The notes beneath the pieces were generated by a model. That model searched no databases. It saw only the letters and a list, made by a program, of their open reading frames with translations, and was not told the DNA's origin. A program made the position numbers and the translations under genes. This document shows positions 22,166 through 31,130 of a stretch of DNA of 64,000 bases, in pieces. The stretch lies in assembly GCA_963761335.1 (NCBI GenBank), contig CAVXGR010000015.1, positions 67,796 through 131,795 of the forward strand. The letters run 5' to 3'. The number at the start of each line of letters is the position of its first letter. Position 1 is the first letter of the stretch. Origin of the DNA: an uncultured delta proteobacterium (lineage in GTDB: Bacteria; Desulfobacterota; Binatia; HRBIN30; BPIQ01).

Positions 22166-24030
22166 TCCCGCTCACCCCGCGCGAGACCCCGGGGGCGCTC
22201 AAGCGGCGACTGGCGATCGGCATTGCCGTCTGTATCCTCGCCTTTGCGGCGCTCCTCGGCCGCCTGTGGCAGCTGCAGATCCTCGAGGGCCAGGAGCAGC
22301 GGATGCTGTCCGACAACAACCGCATTCGCCTGCACCGCGTGCAGGCGACGCGGGGGACGGTGCGTGATCGCGACGGCCGCACCCTTGTCGACAGCCGCCC
22401 GTCGTTCGACGCGGTGCTGGTCCCCGAGGACGCGACCGACCTGCCCACGGTGGTGGAGAATCTCTCGCAGTACCTGCGGCAGGGCAGCGCCGAAACGCAG
22501 GCTCTGCTGGTACAGGCAAAGGGACGGCCCGCGTTCCAGGAGATCGTCGTGAAACGCGACCTGACCTGGGACGAGGTGGTGGCCATCGAGACCCACCAGC
22601 TGGACGTCCCCGGAGTGAGCCTGCAAATCACCCCGCGGCGAAGCTACCCCTATGGGCCCATGCTCGCCCATCTCCTCGGTTACGTGGGGGAGGTCAACCG
22701 CCGCGAGATGGAGCGCGACGACCACTACCGCATGGGCGATCTGATCGGAAAGGCCGGCCTCGAGCGCCGCTGGGAGAAGCAGCTGCGCGGCATCGACGGC
22801 GGGCAGCAGGTCGAGGTCGACGCCGTCGGGCGAAGGCTGCAGGTGCTTCGCGAGGTTGAGGAGGTGCCGGGAAACACCCTGACGTTGACCATCGACCTGG
22901 ACCTGCAGGAGGCGGCGGAACAGGCACTCGGCGACCGCGAGGGGGCGTTGGTCGCCATCGACCCGCGCAACGGCGAAATTCTCGCCATGGTGAGCCATCC
23001 CTCCTTCGATCCCAACGAGTTCGCTCGGGGGATTCGACCCGCCGAGTGGCGGAGATTGATGACCGATCCGCTGCGCCCGATGAACAACCGGGCCATTCAG
23101 GGTCAGTACCCGCCGGGTTCGATCTACAAGATCATCATGGCGACCGCGGCCCTGGAAGAAGGCGTCATCAATCCCTTCAACCACATCCACTGCGGCGGCG
23201 GCATGCAGTTCGGAAATCGCTACTTCCATTGCTGGAAGAGGGGTGGGCACGGCAGCGTCGACTTGCACGAGGCGCTCGTCCAGTCGTGCGACACGTACTT
23301 CTATCAGGTCGGCCAGCGGCTCGGCATCGAATCGATCGCCGAGTGGTCGCGGATCTTCGGCCTGGGTACCCCCTCCGGCGTCGAGTTGGAGAACGAGAAG
23401 TCGGGTCTGGTTCCCGATCCCGAATGGAAGCGCAAACGCTTCAAGCAGCCGTGGTTCCCCGGGGAGACGATGTCGGTCTCCATCGGCCAGGGATACGTGA
23501 CCGTGACGCCGATCCAGATGGCCGACATGATTGCGGCCATCGCCACGGGGCGCCGCTACCGGCCTCACTTCGTCAAGTCGATCGAGGCGGTCGACGGCGG
23601 TCTGGTGATGGAGACCCGGTCGCAGGAAATCGGCGAGCTGCCGGTGCGCAAGAGCACGCTGACCCAGCTGCGGGCCGCCCTGCGCGACGTGGTGGAGAGC
23701 GATCACGGCACCGGCAAGAAGGCGCGCCTGCCCGGAATCGAGGTGGGGGGGAAGACGGGAACGGCGCAGGTGGTCAAGCTCGGGCGCAGCCATCTGAGCG
23801 GCGCCCAGGTGCCGCGCAAGCAACGCGACCACGCCTGGTTCGTCAGCTTCGCCCCGGTGGATGACCCGCAGATCGCGGTCGCGGCGCTGGTCGAGCACGC
23901 CGGCGGCGGCGGTGGCGCCGTGGCGGCGCCGACGGCGCGCGAAGTGCTGAGCGCCTTCTTCCACATCCAGGCTGCCAGAGAGGGAAACCGCTATGCTGAA
24001 GTTCGATCGGCGGCTGATTTCGCATTTTGA
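22162..24030 (+). CDS. mrdA: penicillin-binding protein 2 (elongasome transpeptidase)
   Basis: Internal Met MIPLTPRETPG... with a TM helix. Dimerisation and transpeptidase domains (SxxK: GSIYKI; SxN; KTGT). The 5' part of ORF 21937-24030 is rejected. Confidence 0.9.
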   Translation: MIPLTPRETPGALKRRLAIGIAVCILAFAALLGRLWQLQILEGQEQRMLSDNNRIRLHRVQATRGTVRDRDGRTLVDSRPSFDAVLVPEDATDLPTVVENLSQYLRQGSAETQALLVQAKGRPAFQEIVVKRDLTWDEVVAIETHQLDVPGVSLQITPRRSYPYGPMLAHLLGYVGEVNRREMERDDHYRMGDLIGKAGLERRWEKQLRGIDGGQQVEVDAVGRRLQVLREVEEVPGNTLTLTIDLDLQEAAEQALGDREGALVAIDPRNGEILAMVSHPSFDPNEFARGIRPAEWRRLMTDPLRPMNNRAIQGQYPPGSIYKIIMATAALEEGVINPFNHIHCGGGMQFGNRYFHCWKRGGHGSVDLHEALVQSCDTYFYQVGQRLGIESIAEWSRIFGLGTPSGVELENEKSGLVPDPEWKRKRFKQPWFPGETMSVSIGQGYVTVTPIQMADMIAAIATGRRYRPHFVKSIEAVDGGLVMETRSQEIGELPVRKSTLTQLRAALRDVVESDHGTGKKARLPGIEVGGKTGTAQVVKLGRSHLSGAQVPRKQRDHAWFVSFAPVDDPQIAVAALVEHAGGGGGAVAAPTAREVLSAFFHIQAAREGNRYAEVRSAADFAF

Positions 24031-25096
24031 CTGGGGCCTGCTGATCCTGACGACGTGCCTCATCGCCGCTGGTCTGGCGACGGTGCTGAGCGCTACCTAC
24101 GTCGATGGCCGCATCCTCAGCCCGCTCGCCCTGCGACAGCTGATCTGGGCGCTGATCGGCTTCGGCGGGCTGTTCGCGGCGGTCAGCTTCGATTACCGGC
24201 AGCTCGAACGCCACGCTTACCTGATCTACGGACTGGCGCTGTGCCTATTGATCCTGGTGCCGGTGGCCGGGTCGATCAGTGGCGGCTCTCGCCGCTGGAT
24301 CTCGCTGGGGCCGGTGTCACTGCAACCCTCCGAGCTCGCCAAGCTGGCGCTGGTGATCGCCCTGGCTCGCTACCTCCACCCGCGGCTCGGAGAGCAGTCG
24401 CTGCCGTTGCGGGCGGCGTTGATCCCGGCAGTTCTGGTCGCCGTGCCCGCCGTTCTCGTTCTCGCTCAGCCGGATCTGGGTACGGCGCTTCTGCTCGGCT
24501 TCTGCTTCGTGGCGCTGTTGCTGATCGCCGGCATGCGGCTGCGCTGGTTCCTGCTGGGCATCGCCCTGGTGGCACCGCTGGTGCCGCCGATCTGGGGTCA
24601 TCTCAAGCCCTACCAGCAGCAGCGCATCCTCACCTTTGTCGACCCACAGGCCGACCCTCTGGGCGCCGGCTATCACGTCATCCAGTCGCAGATCGCCATC
24701 GGCTCGGGAATGGGGGCCGGCAAGGGATACCTGCAGGGTACGCAGAATCACCTCAATTTTCTCCCGGAGCAGCACACCGACTTCATCTTCTCGGTGTTTG
24801 CGGAGGAATGGGGCTTCGCCGGAGGTTGCGTCCTGCTGTCGATCTACGCCGGCCTGGTGATCCGCTGCTTCTTGGTGGCGCTGCGCGCCAAGGACACCTT
24901 CGGCCTGCTGCTCGCCTTCGGCCTGGGGACCATGCTGTGCATCCAAGCGGTGATCAACATCGGCATGGCCAGCGGCGTCCTGCCGGTGGTTGGTGTGACC
25001 CTGCCCCTGTTCAGCTATGGAGGATCTTCGCTGCTCACGATGATGATCGGCCTGGGCCTGGTGATCAACGTGAGCATGCGGCGCTTCACGTTCTAG
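23993..25096 (+). CDS. rodA: RodA (SEDS family glycosyltransferase)
   Basis: Ten-TM FtsW/RodA-like protein after mrdA. Its stop overlaps the convergent trxA stop. Confidence 0.9.
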   Translation: MLKFDRRLISHFDWGLLILTTCLIAAGLATVLSATYVDGRILSPLALRQLIWALIGFGGLFAAVSFDYRQLERHAYLIYGLALCLLILVPVAGSISGGSRRWISLGPVSLQPSELAKLALVIALARYLHPRLGEQSLPLRAALIPAVLVAVPAVLVLAQPDLGTALLLGFCFVALLLIAGMRLRWFLLGIALVAPLVPPIWGHLKPYQQQRILTFVDPQADPLGAGYHVIQSQIAIGSGMGAGKGYLQGTQNHLNFLPEQHTDFIFSVFAEEWGFAGGCVLLSIYAGLVIRCFLVALRAKDTFGLLLAFGLGTMLCIQAVINIGMASGVLPVVGVTLPLFSYGGSSLLTMMIGLGLVINVSMRRFTF

Positions 25097-25416
25097 ACGA
25101 CCTGATCGATCGCTTTCATCAGATGCGCCTTGGGGACCGCCCCGACGATCTGGTCCTTGACGTCGCTCCCCTTGAAGAGGATCAGGTTGGGGATCCCGCG
25201 TACGCCGTAGCGGCCCGGAGTCGCCGGATTATCGTCGACATTCATCTTGACGACCTTCAGCCGGCCCTCGTACTGCTGCGCCAGCTCCTCGACGACCGGG
25301 GAGATGGCCTTGCACGGGCCACACCAGGGAGCCCAGAAGTCGATGAGGACCGGAAGGTCCGACTTCAGTACCTCCTGCTCGAAGGTGGAATCGCTGACTT
25401 CTTTTACGGCACCCAC
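25093..25416 (-). CDS. trxA: thioredoxin
   Basis: WAPWCGPCK active site. GTG start preceded by GGAGG 7 nt upstream gives a canonical 107-aa product. The longer ATG ORF (to 25473) is rejected. Confidence 0.85.
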   Translation of the reverse strand: MGAVKEVSDSTFEQEVLKSDLPVLIDFWAPWCGPCKAISPVVEELAQQYEGRLKVVKMNVDDNPATPGRYGVRGIPNLILFKGSDVKDQIVGAVPKAHLMKAIDQVV

Positions 25417-25534
25417 TGTCGGACCTCCTCTGTTGGTCCTGTCGAGAGTAACTGCCGGCCCTGGTCGATTCAAGCGATGGCTCTCGAGGGGCGTCTATCT
25501 GTGCATTCGCAAGCGGAGTGGCTAGGATACGGAA

Positions 25535-26227
25535 ATGCCCGCTCCGCGCCTACGGAAGGCCGCCGCCGTCGGTCCCCTGTTCAAGCGCCTCGACGAGGCC
25601 TATCCACAGGCGCGACTGGCGCTCGACTTCGGCTCGCCACTCGAGCTGCTGGTGGCGCTGATTTTGGCGGCGCAGTGCACGGATCAGAAGGTCAACGAGG
25701 TCACCGCCGGGCTGTTTCGCAAATACCGCTCTGCCAGGGACTACGCTTCGGCGCCCCGCGAAGTGCTCGAGGCCGACATCCGCCCCACGGGATTCTTCCG
25801 CAACAAAGCGCGGGCGTTACAGGGATGCTGCCAGCGCCTGGAGGACGATTTCGGTGGCGAGGTTCCCAAGCGGCTGGAGGACCTTTTGAGCCTCCCCGGG
25901 GTGGGGCGCAAGACCGCGAATATTCTGCTCGGCAACGCCTTCGGCATCCCGGGTATCGGGGTCGATACGCACGTCCTGCGCCTGTCGCAGAGACTCGGGC
26001 TCACCCGCGAGAAGGACCCGGACAAGGTGGAAGCCGACCTCACCGCTGTGGTGCCCCGGCGGCAGCAGATCCGCTTCTGTCATCTCCTGCAGGCGCACGG
26101 CCGGGCGACGTGCCATGCCCGCAAGCCCGACTGCCCGGCGTGCGTCGTCGCCGACCTCTGCCCATACCCCGACAAGACGCCCGCGGCACCACCGCCGCGA
26201 CCCGCGTTCGGCCGCCGGGTCCGCTGA
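25535..26227 (+). CDS. nth: endonuclease III (HhH-GPD DNA glycosylase with [4Fe-4S] cluster)
   Basis: LVALILAAQCTDQKVN, LPGVGRKTANILL (HhH), and C-terminal CHARKPDCPACVVADLC. Confidence 0.9.
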   Translation: MPAPRLRKAAAVGPLFKRLDEAYPQARLALDFGSPLELLVALILAAQCTDQKVNEVTAGLFRKYRSARDYASAPREVLEADIRPTGFFRNKARALQGCCQRLEDDFGGEVPKRLEDLLSLPGVGRKTANILLGNAFGIPGIGVDTHVLRLSQRLGLTREKDPDKVEADLTAVVPRRQQIRFCHLLQAHGRATCHARKPDCPACVVADLCPYPDKTPAAPPPRPAFGRRVR

Positions 26228-26483
26228 GCCGCGCCGCGGCCGCGAAAGCCACCGATGCAGTCGCCGGCGTCAGTTTCTTCGCAAATTGCGCCGCATTGAC
26301 TAACCGCTGACGCGGCTGCAGCTGCCGCGGATCTGCTGCCGGTGTCCCCGCTTCACGTCTATCCTGCGGGAAAGTTGACGGAATTCCACCGTTTCTCGGC
26401 AGGCATGCAGGCCTTCGGGCGGGGCGGACGGAGCGGCCGGACCCGGTATGGAGCGTGCTCAGGCTTGGCGCGTGGAGAAGGGA

Positions 26484-27815
26484 ATGCGAGATTCGAAGGC
26501 CCCGGCGCTGAGCAAGGCGGAAGCGGTGATCTTGCTGCGCTGGGTGCTGATCATCGCTACCTCGTATTTGGTTCTCTTCAGCCGTCCGCTCGCCCAGACG
26601 TCCGCCGCCGTCGGCATCTTCGTTGCGGCCTACCTCACCTCCAATCTGCTGCTCACCATCTTCCTGCCGCGGATTCGCTCACAGCGGGCCTTCGACGTGG
26701 GTGTCGTGCTGGTCGACACGGTTGCCGTTTCCATCGGCCTGGCGCTGACCGACAATGCCTCGAGCGATTTCTTCCTCCTCTACTTCGTGGTCATCTTCCT
26801 CGGAGCCCTCTCGGGGCGGCTGGGGCTGGTCGTCGGGGCCGCGGTGTTGATCAGCGGCCTGCACCTCTACACCATGGCGCGTTTCGTCGGCTTCGATCAC
26901 TTGCTGCGCGACGGCTACATCCTCCGCATCCCTTTCCTCTTCGTGGTGTCGCTCTTCTTCGGCTACCTGGTGGAGCAGGCCCGCAGCAGCGAGCGCGGCG
27001 CTGAAGAGGCGCGGGTGCGGGAACGCATGCGCGCCGACTTCCTCTCCATGGTGACGCACGATCTGAAGAACCCGCTCGGGCTGGTGCAGAGCATGGCGGA
27101 GCTTCTCCTGGACGGAGATGCGGGGCCGATGAACCAGCAGCAGACGAATCTGATTCGGCGCATTCACGCCAACATTCGCCGCGTGATCTCTCTCTCCCTC
27201 AACCTCCTCGACGCGGCGCGCATCGAGGCCGGGCGAGTGAACCTGCAGCGCACCCCGGTGAATCTCGCCGACATCGTCGACGACGCCATGTCGCTGGCGC
27301 GCAGCGCGGGCGAGCTCAAGGGCGTCAACCTGCGCTTCGCACACGAGCCCGAGCTGCCCTCGGTCGATCTGGATTTCATGCAGATGGAGCGCGTGATCTC
27401 CAATCTTCTCGACAATGCCATCAAGTATACACCTGTCGGCGGCATGGTGACGGTGCTGATCAGCTGCACCGGGGATCAGTTGATTCTCACGGTGCGCGAC
27501 AACGGGCCCGGCATTCCCGGCGCTGAGCTACCCGGTCTGTTCGACAAGTACCGTCGGCGGGCGGAGAGCGGGCGCACCCAAGGCACCGGGCTCGGTCTGT
27601 TCATCGTTCGCGCCATCGTCGAGGCCCACGGCGGTACGGTGCACGCCGAGAGTGTCGTCGGCAAGGGGACGAGCATGACGGTGTGCCTGCCGCTGCCGCA
27701 GGAGCCGCGAGTCAACGGTGCGGCTGGCAAGGTGTCGTCGTGGTCGCGCCCCGCCCTCGCCCCCGCCCTCGCGCCGCCGCCTCCGGCGGCCGCCCCCAGT
27801 GCCAGCGGGACATAG
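26484..27815 (+). CDS. membrane sensor histidine kinase (paralog 1)
   Basis: About 5 TM helices directly fused to HisKA (MVTHDLKNPLG) and HATPase (GTGLGLFIVRAIVEAHGG). RBS ggagaaggga upstream of MRDSKAP. Confidence 0.8.
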   Translation: MRDSKAPALSKAEAVILLRWVLIIATSYLVLFSRPLAQTSAAVGIFVAAYLTSNLLLTIFLPRIRSQRAFDVGVVLVDTVAVSIGLALTDNASSDFFLLYFVVIFLGALSGRLGLVVGAAVLISGLHLYTMARFVGFDHLLRDGYILRIPFLFVVSLFFGYLVEQARSSERGAEEARVRERMRADFLSMVTHDLKNPLGLVQSMAELLLDGDAGPMNQQQTNLIRRIHANIRRVISLSLNLLDAARIEAGRVNLQRTPVNLADIVDDAMSLARSAGELKGVNLRFAHEPELPSVDLDFMQMERVISNLLDNAIKYTPVGGMVTVLISCTGDQLILTVRDNGPGIPGAELPGLFDKYRRRAESGRTQGTGLGLFIVRAIVEAHGGTVHAESVVGKGTSMTVCLPLPQEPRVNGAAGKVSSWSRPALAPALAPPPPAAAPSASGT

Positions 27816-28191
27816 GGGAGCGATTGCCTCCGTGGCAGGTCGCCGAGAAGGATTGCGATGCTGACCGCGCCATGCCGCTCCTGGCCGCGATTTGCCCCCA
27901 TGAACGGCAATGAATTGACTCTGGTGGCCCTATTCCCCCCTTCGGATTGGCGCCCAATGGCTGGCATTTCTCCTGCTGTCGCATGGAATCAGCAATAGCG
28001 GCGCGATCCGGATGCTACTGGGGGGCCGGTGAGGCATTCCGAGTCGCGCGTGAGAATCAAATGGAACGACCGGCCTCGCAACTCAGCTCGCACAACACGC
28101 GGAACAACGCCGCCCCAGGATGGCATATCAGGCGATGGGCGCTTGCCGGCCAGCGAAGGCGGAGCGGATGAGAGGTGGAGGGGAGGATGTC

Positions 28192-29466
28192 ATGAGAGAC
28201 GCTTCGCAAGATTCGCTCGAGGAACGGCACATGCAGGTGATCGTCCTGCTGCGCTGGGTCCTGATCATTGCCACGTCGTACCTGGTTCTCTTCAGCAGCG
28301 CAGCCCGGCAGACGTCGCCGACGGAGGCGCTGTTCGTCGTCGGTTACTTCGCCTCCAACATTGCCTTGCCGCCGCTGTGGCGCCGCGTCTCCTCGCGGCA
28401 CGCGATGCGCAGCGCCGTGGTTCTCTTCGACACCATGGCGGCGTCCCTCGGCCTAGTGCTGACCAACAACGTCTCCAGCGACTTCTTCTTGCTCTTCTTC
28501 CTGGTCCTCTTCCTGGGAGCCCTGACGAACCGCCTGGGGCTGGTGGCTGGAGCCGCCGTGCTCAGCTGCGTCATTCACCTGGTCACCGTCTCGCAATACA
28601 TCGACCTCGCTGAGATGGCGCGGCAGGGGTATCTGCTGCGGGTGCCGTTCCTCCTGGTCGTCGCCTTGTTCTTCGGACATCTGGTCGGCGAGGAAAGCCG
28701 CAGCCGCGAGCGTCGCCGGCTGGATTTCGTGACCGGTGTCAGCCACGACCTCAAGAATCCCCTTGGCGTCATCCATTCGATGTCCGAGTTCCTTCTCGAC
28801 GGCAGTGCCGGGCCGCTCACCGCCGATCAGCAACAGCTGGTGCAGCGCATTCACGACAGTGCTCGCGGGATCATCTCCCTGTCCCGCAATCTCCTCGACG
28901 TGGCCCGGATCGGCGAGGGGCGGCTACTGCTGCAGTTCGCTCCGAGCAACCTGGCCGACGTGGTTTCCCGTGCCGTGGCGCTGGCGCAGCCCACGGCCGA
29001 GGCCAGATGCGTGACGCTGCGTTGCTCGTTGGCCGCCGGCCTGCCGGCGATCTCTCTGGATCCCGCGCAGATGGAGAGAGTGGTCGGCAACCTCGTCGAC
29101 AATGCCGTCAAGTACACGTCTACGGGCGGCGTTGTGGACATCTCGCTGCGCGCCGAGCTCGAGGAGGTGGTGCTGGCGGTCCACGACGACGGGCCGGGAA
29201 TTCCAGCGCATCAGCTCGAGGCGATCTTCGACAAGTACCGCCGCTTCACCAGCACCCGAGCCATTCAGGGCACGGGTCTGGGGCTCTTTATCGTCAGGTC
29301 GATCGCCGAGGCGCATGGCGGTCGGGTCGCCGGCGAGAGCGCCGTAGGCCAAGGCACGACGATCCGCGTGCGCCTGCCGTTGCGCCGCGAGAGCCCGCCC
29401 CCGTCGCGATGGCTCGCGGCGTGGCGCTGGCTGCCGCGGCTCGGCTTGCCGCGGGTGGCCAGCTGA
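28192..29466 (+). CDS. membrane sensor histidine kinase (paralog 2)
   Basis: Same architecture and highly similar sequence (VIVLLRWVLIIATSYLVLFS; GVSHDLKNPLG; GTGLGLFIVRSIAEAHGG). RBS ggaggggagga upstream of MRDASQD. Confidence 0.8.
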   Translation: MRDASQDSLEERHMQVIVLLRWVLIIATSYLVLFSSAARQTSPTEALFVVGYFASNIALPPLWRRVSSRHAMRSAVVLFDTMAASLGLVLTNNVSSDFFLLFFLVLFLGALTNRLGLVAGAAVLSCVIHLVTVSQYIDLAEMARQGYLLRVPFLLVVALFFGHLVGEESRSRERRRLDFVTGVSHDLKNPLGVIHSMSEFLLDGSAGPLTADQQQLVQRIHDSARGIISLSRNLLDVARIGEGRLLLQFAPSNLADVVSRAVALAQPTAEARCVTLRCSLAAGLPAISLDPAQMERVVGNLVDNAVKYTSTGGVVDISLRAELEEVVLAVHDDGPGIPAHQLEAIFDKYRRFTSTRAIQGTGLGLFIVRSIAEAHGGRVAGESAVGQGTTIRVRLPLRRESPPPSRWLAAWRWLPRLGLPRVAS

Positions 29467-29472
29467 CGGCGA

Positions 29473-30216
29473 TCAGCCGGCGAACCGCTGCATCTTGCGC
29501 ATGATGCGATTGGCCTCGGCCACCAGGGCGCGTCGCAGAGTCGGCTTGGTGGTACGAGCGCACCAGTCGCGCAGTGACTGCAAGTCCCGCCCGAGCGATT
29601 CCATGACCGCCAGCCGGGCCCGGCGGCGGGGATCGCGGCGCGCCGCCTCGAGGCGCTGGTTCCACCTGCTCAGCTGGGCATCGAGCGCGTTGACCGCCAC
29701 CTCGATCTTTTCCTGATCCGGCGGTGCCCCCGGCTGCATCGCGGGCGCTGCGCCCTTTGCCCGCGGTGGCTGCCGCGCGAACCCGTACTTGCGCAGCACG
29801 CCCGCGACGATGCCGCGGACACGGACGTGCTCGCCGCGGATCACCAGCGGCAGCATCTCCGGATTTGCCGGTTGCAGGCGTACCTCGCCGTCGGGACCGA
29901 TATAGAACTTCTTCACGGTGACGCAGCCGTCGACCTCCGCGACCACCGTTTGTCCGTTGGCGGCGGTCTCGCGAGGCTCGACGATCAGGTAATCGCCATC
30001 GTGGATGCCCTCGTCGATCATCGAGTTGCCCTTCACCCGCAGGGCGAAGACGCCATTGGTGTCCCACAGACCCTCCGGTACGGACAGTGTCTCGTCGATC
30101 TCGAAGGCGCGGTACGGCTGCCCGGCGGCCACCACTCCCAGCAGCGGGATCTCGACGGTCGCCTCCGGCGTCCAGCTCTCTGCAGCCCAAGACGTTGCTC
30201 CACTTCGCATCTTCAC
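29473..30216 (-). CDS. S24 (LexA/UmuD-type) serine peptidase with inverted architecture: N-terminal S24 domain and a basic C-terminal extension
   Basis: GNSMIDEGIHDGDYLIV (Ser nucleophile) and VTVKKF (Lys) lie in the N-terminal 130 aa. No N-terminal HTH. About 115 aa of Arg-rich helical tail follow. Confidence 0.65.
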   Translation of the reverse strand: MKMRSGATSWAAESWTPEATVEIPLLGVVAAGQPYRAFEIDETLSVPEGLWDTNGVFALRVKGNSMIDEGIHDGDYLIVEPRETAANGQTVVAEVDGCVTVKKFYIGPDGEVRLQPANPEMLPLVIRGEHVRVRGIVAGVLRKYGFARQPPRAKGAAPAMQPGAPPDQEKIEVAVNALDAQLSRWNQRLEAARRDPRRRARLAVMESLGRDLQSLRDWCARTTKPTLRRALVAEANRIMRKMQRFAG

Positions 30217-30365
30217 CTCCTCTTCGCCTGAACTATACGAATAAAGAGCGAAAGTAAAGTCGTCGAGGTTTGCCCGCAGGATCGCGTCCCCTCTTGGGGC
30301 TGAGGATCTGTCTCGAAACCAAAGTCGAAGCGCCGTCCCGGCGCTTCGAAGCGGCGGGACGGGCC

Positions 30366-31130
30366 CTAGCCCCGCGCCTTCCCGGGTTCCTGGGCGCTGC
30401 GCCGGAACCCGGGATAATAGCGCTCCAGCTCCCGACGCAGCTCGGCGACCGGCATCTGTCCGGGGGCGCTGGCGGCGCGGTGGAAGCCGAAGGTGATGCG
30501 CGACCCGGCCAGCGGGAAGAAGACGCGGGAGATGGTGCCGAGCTCGCCGACGGCCATGGTGACCAGCGGCTGGCGGCGGTGGCGCAGGGTGAACTCCAGC
30601 AGGTGGAGGAGGTCCTCGCGGTGCCGCGGTGCCGCGGCGACCTTGACGATGTCGGCGCCGGCGTCGCGAGCGGCGTCGTGGATCGCGTCGAGCGCGGCGG
30701 CGCCGGGGGTGGCGGCGAAGTCGTGATGCGAGACGATCGCCAAGCGGGCTGCGCTGTGAGCCGCGGCGATCACTTGGTCGCGCAGAGAGGCGCGCAGCTC
30801 GATGTCGACGGCATCGACGGACGGCATCACGGCGCCATAGAGGGCGAGGCGCTCCGCATCCGGCAGCTCCTTCTGGCCGCCTTCCTCGGCGGCGCGCACG
30901 GTGGCGATGATCGGGGTCTCCGGGCTGGCGCCGCGCACCGCCTCGACGACGCCGCGGACGTGCTCGATGTCCAGGCTCGAGAAGGCGTCGATGCGCAGCT
31001 CGACGATGTCGGCGAGGCGCGCCACGGCGCGCATGTCGCCGCCCGGGTCGTCGTCGGTGAGGGGGACGGCGATACGCGGTACATCGCCGAGCTCGAGCGA
31101 GCCGATGCGGATGGCGCGCATGCTCCTCAC
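30366..31130 (-). CDS. aroD: type I 3-dehydroquinate dehydratase-like protein
   Basis: IVSHHDFAATP, ADIVKVAAAP (Schiff-base Lys region), PLVTMAVGELGTISRV; matches the AroD type I pattern. The start overlaps the upstream gene by 4 nt. Confidence 0.75.
   Translation of the reverse strand: MRSMRAIRIGSLELGDVPRIAVPLTDDDPGGDMRAVARLADIVELRIDAFSSLDIEHVRGVVEAVRGASPETPIIATVRAAEEGGQKELPDAERLALYGAVMPSVDAVDIELRASLRDQVIAAAHSAARLAIVSHHDFAATPGAAALDAIHDAARDAGADIVKVAAAPRHREDLLHLLEFTLRHRRQPLVTMAVGELGTISRVFFPLAGSRITFGFHRAASAPGQMPVAELRRELERYYPGFRRSAQEPGKARG

Noticed and set aside
21916-24063. 715-aa minus-strand ORF opposite mrdA
   Set aside because: Antisense to a clearly identified PBP2 and low-complexity.
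25417-25473. N-terminal 19-codon extension of trxA from the upstream ATG
   Set aside because: A GTG with a GGAGG Shine-Dalgarno at optimal spacing gives a canonical-length thioredoxin. The extension has no equivalent in thioredoxins.
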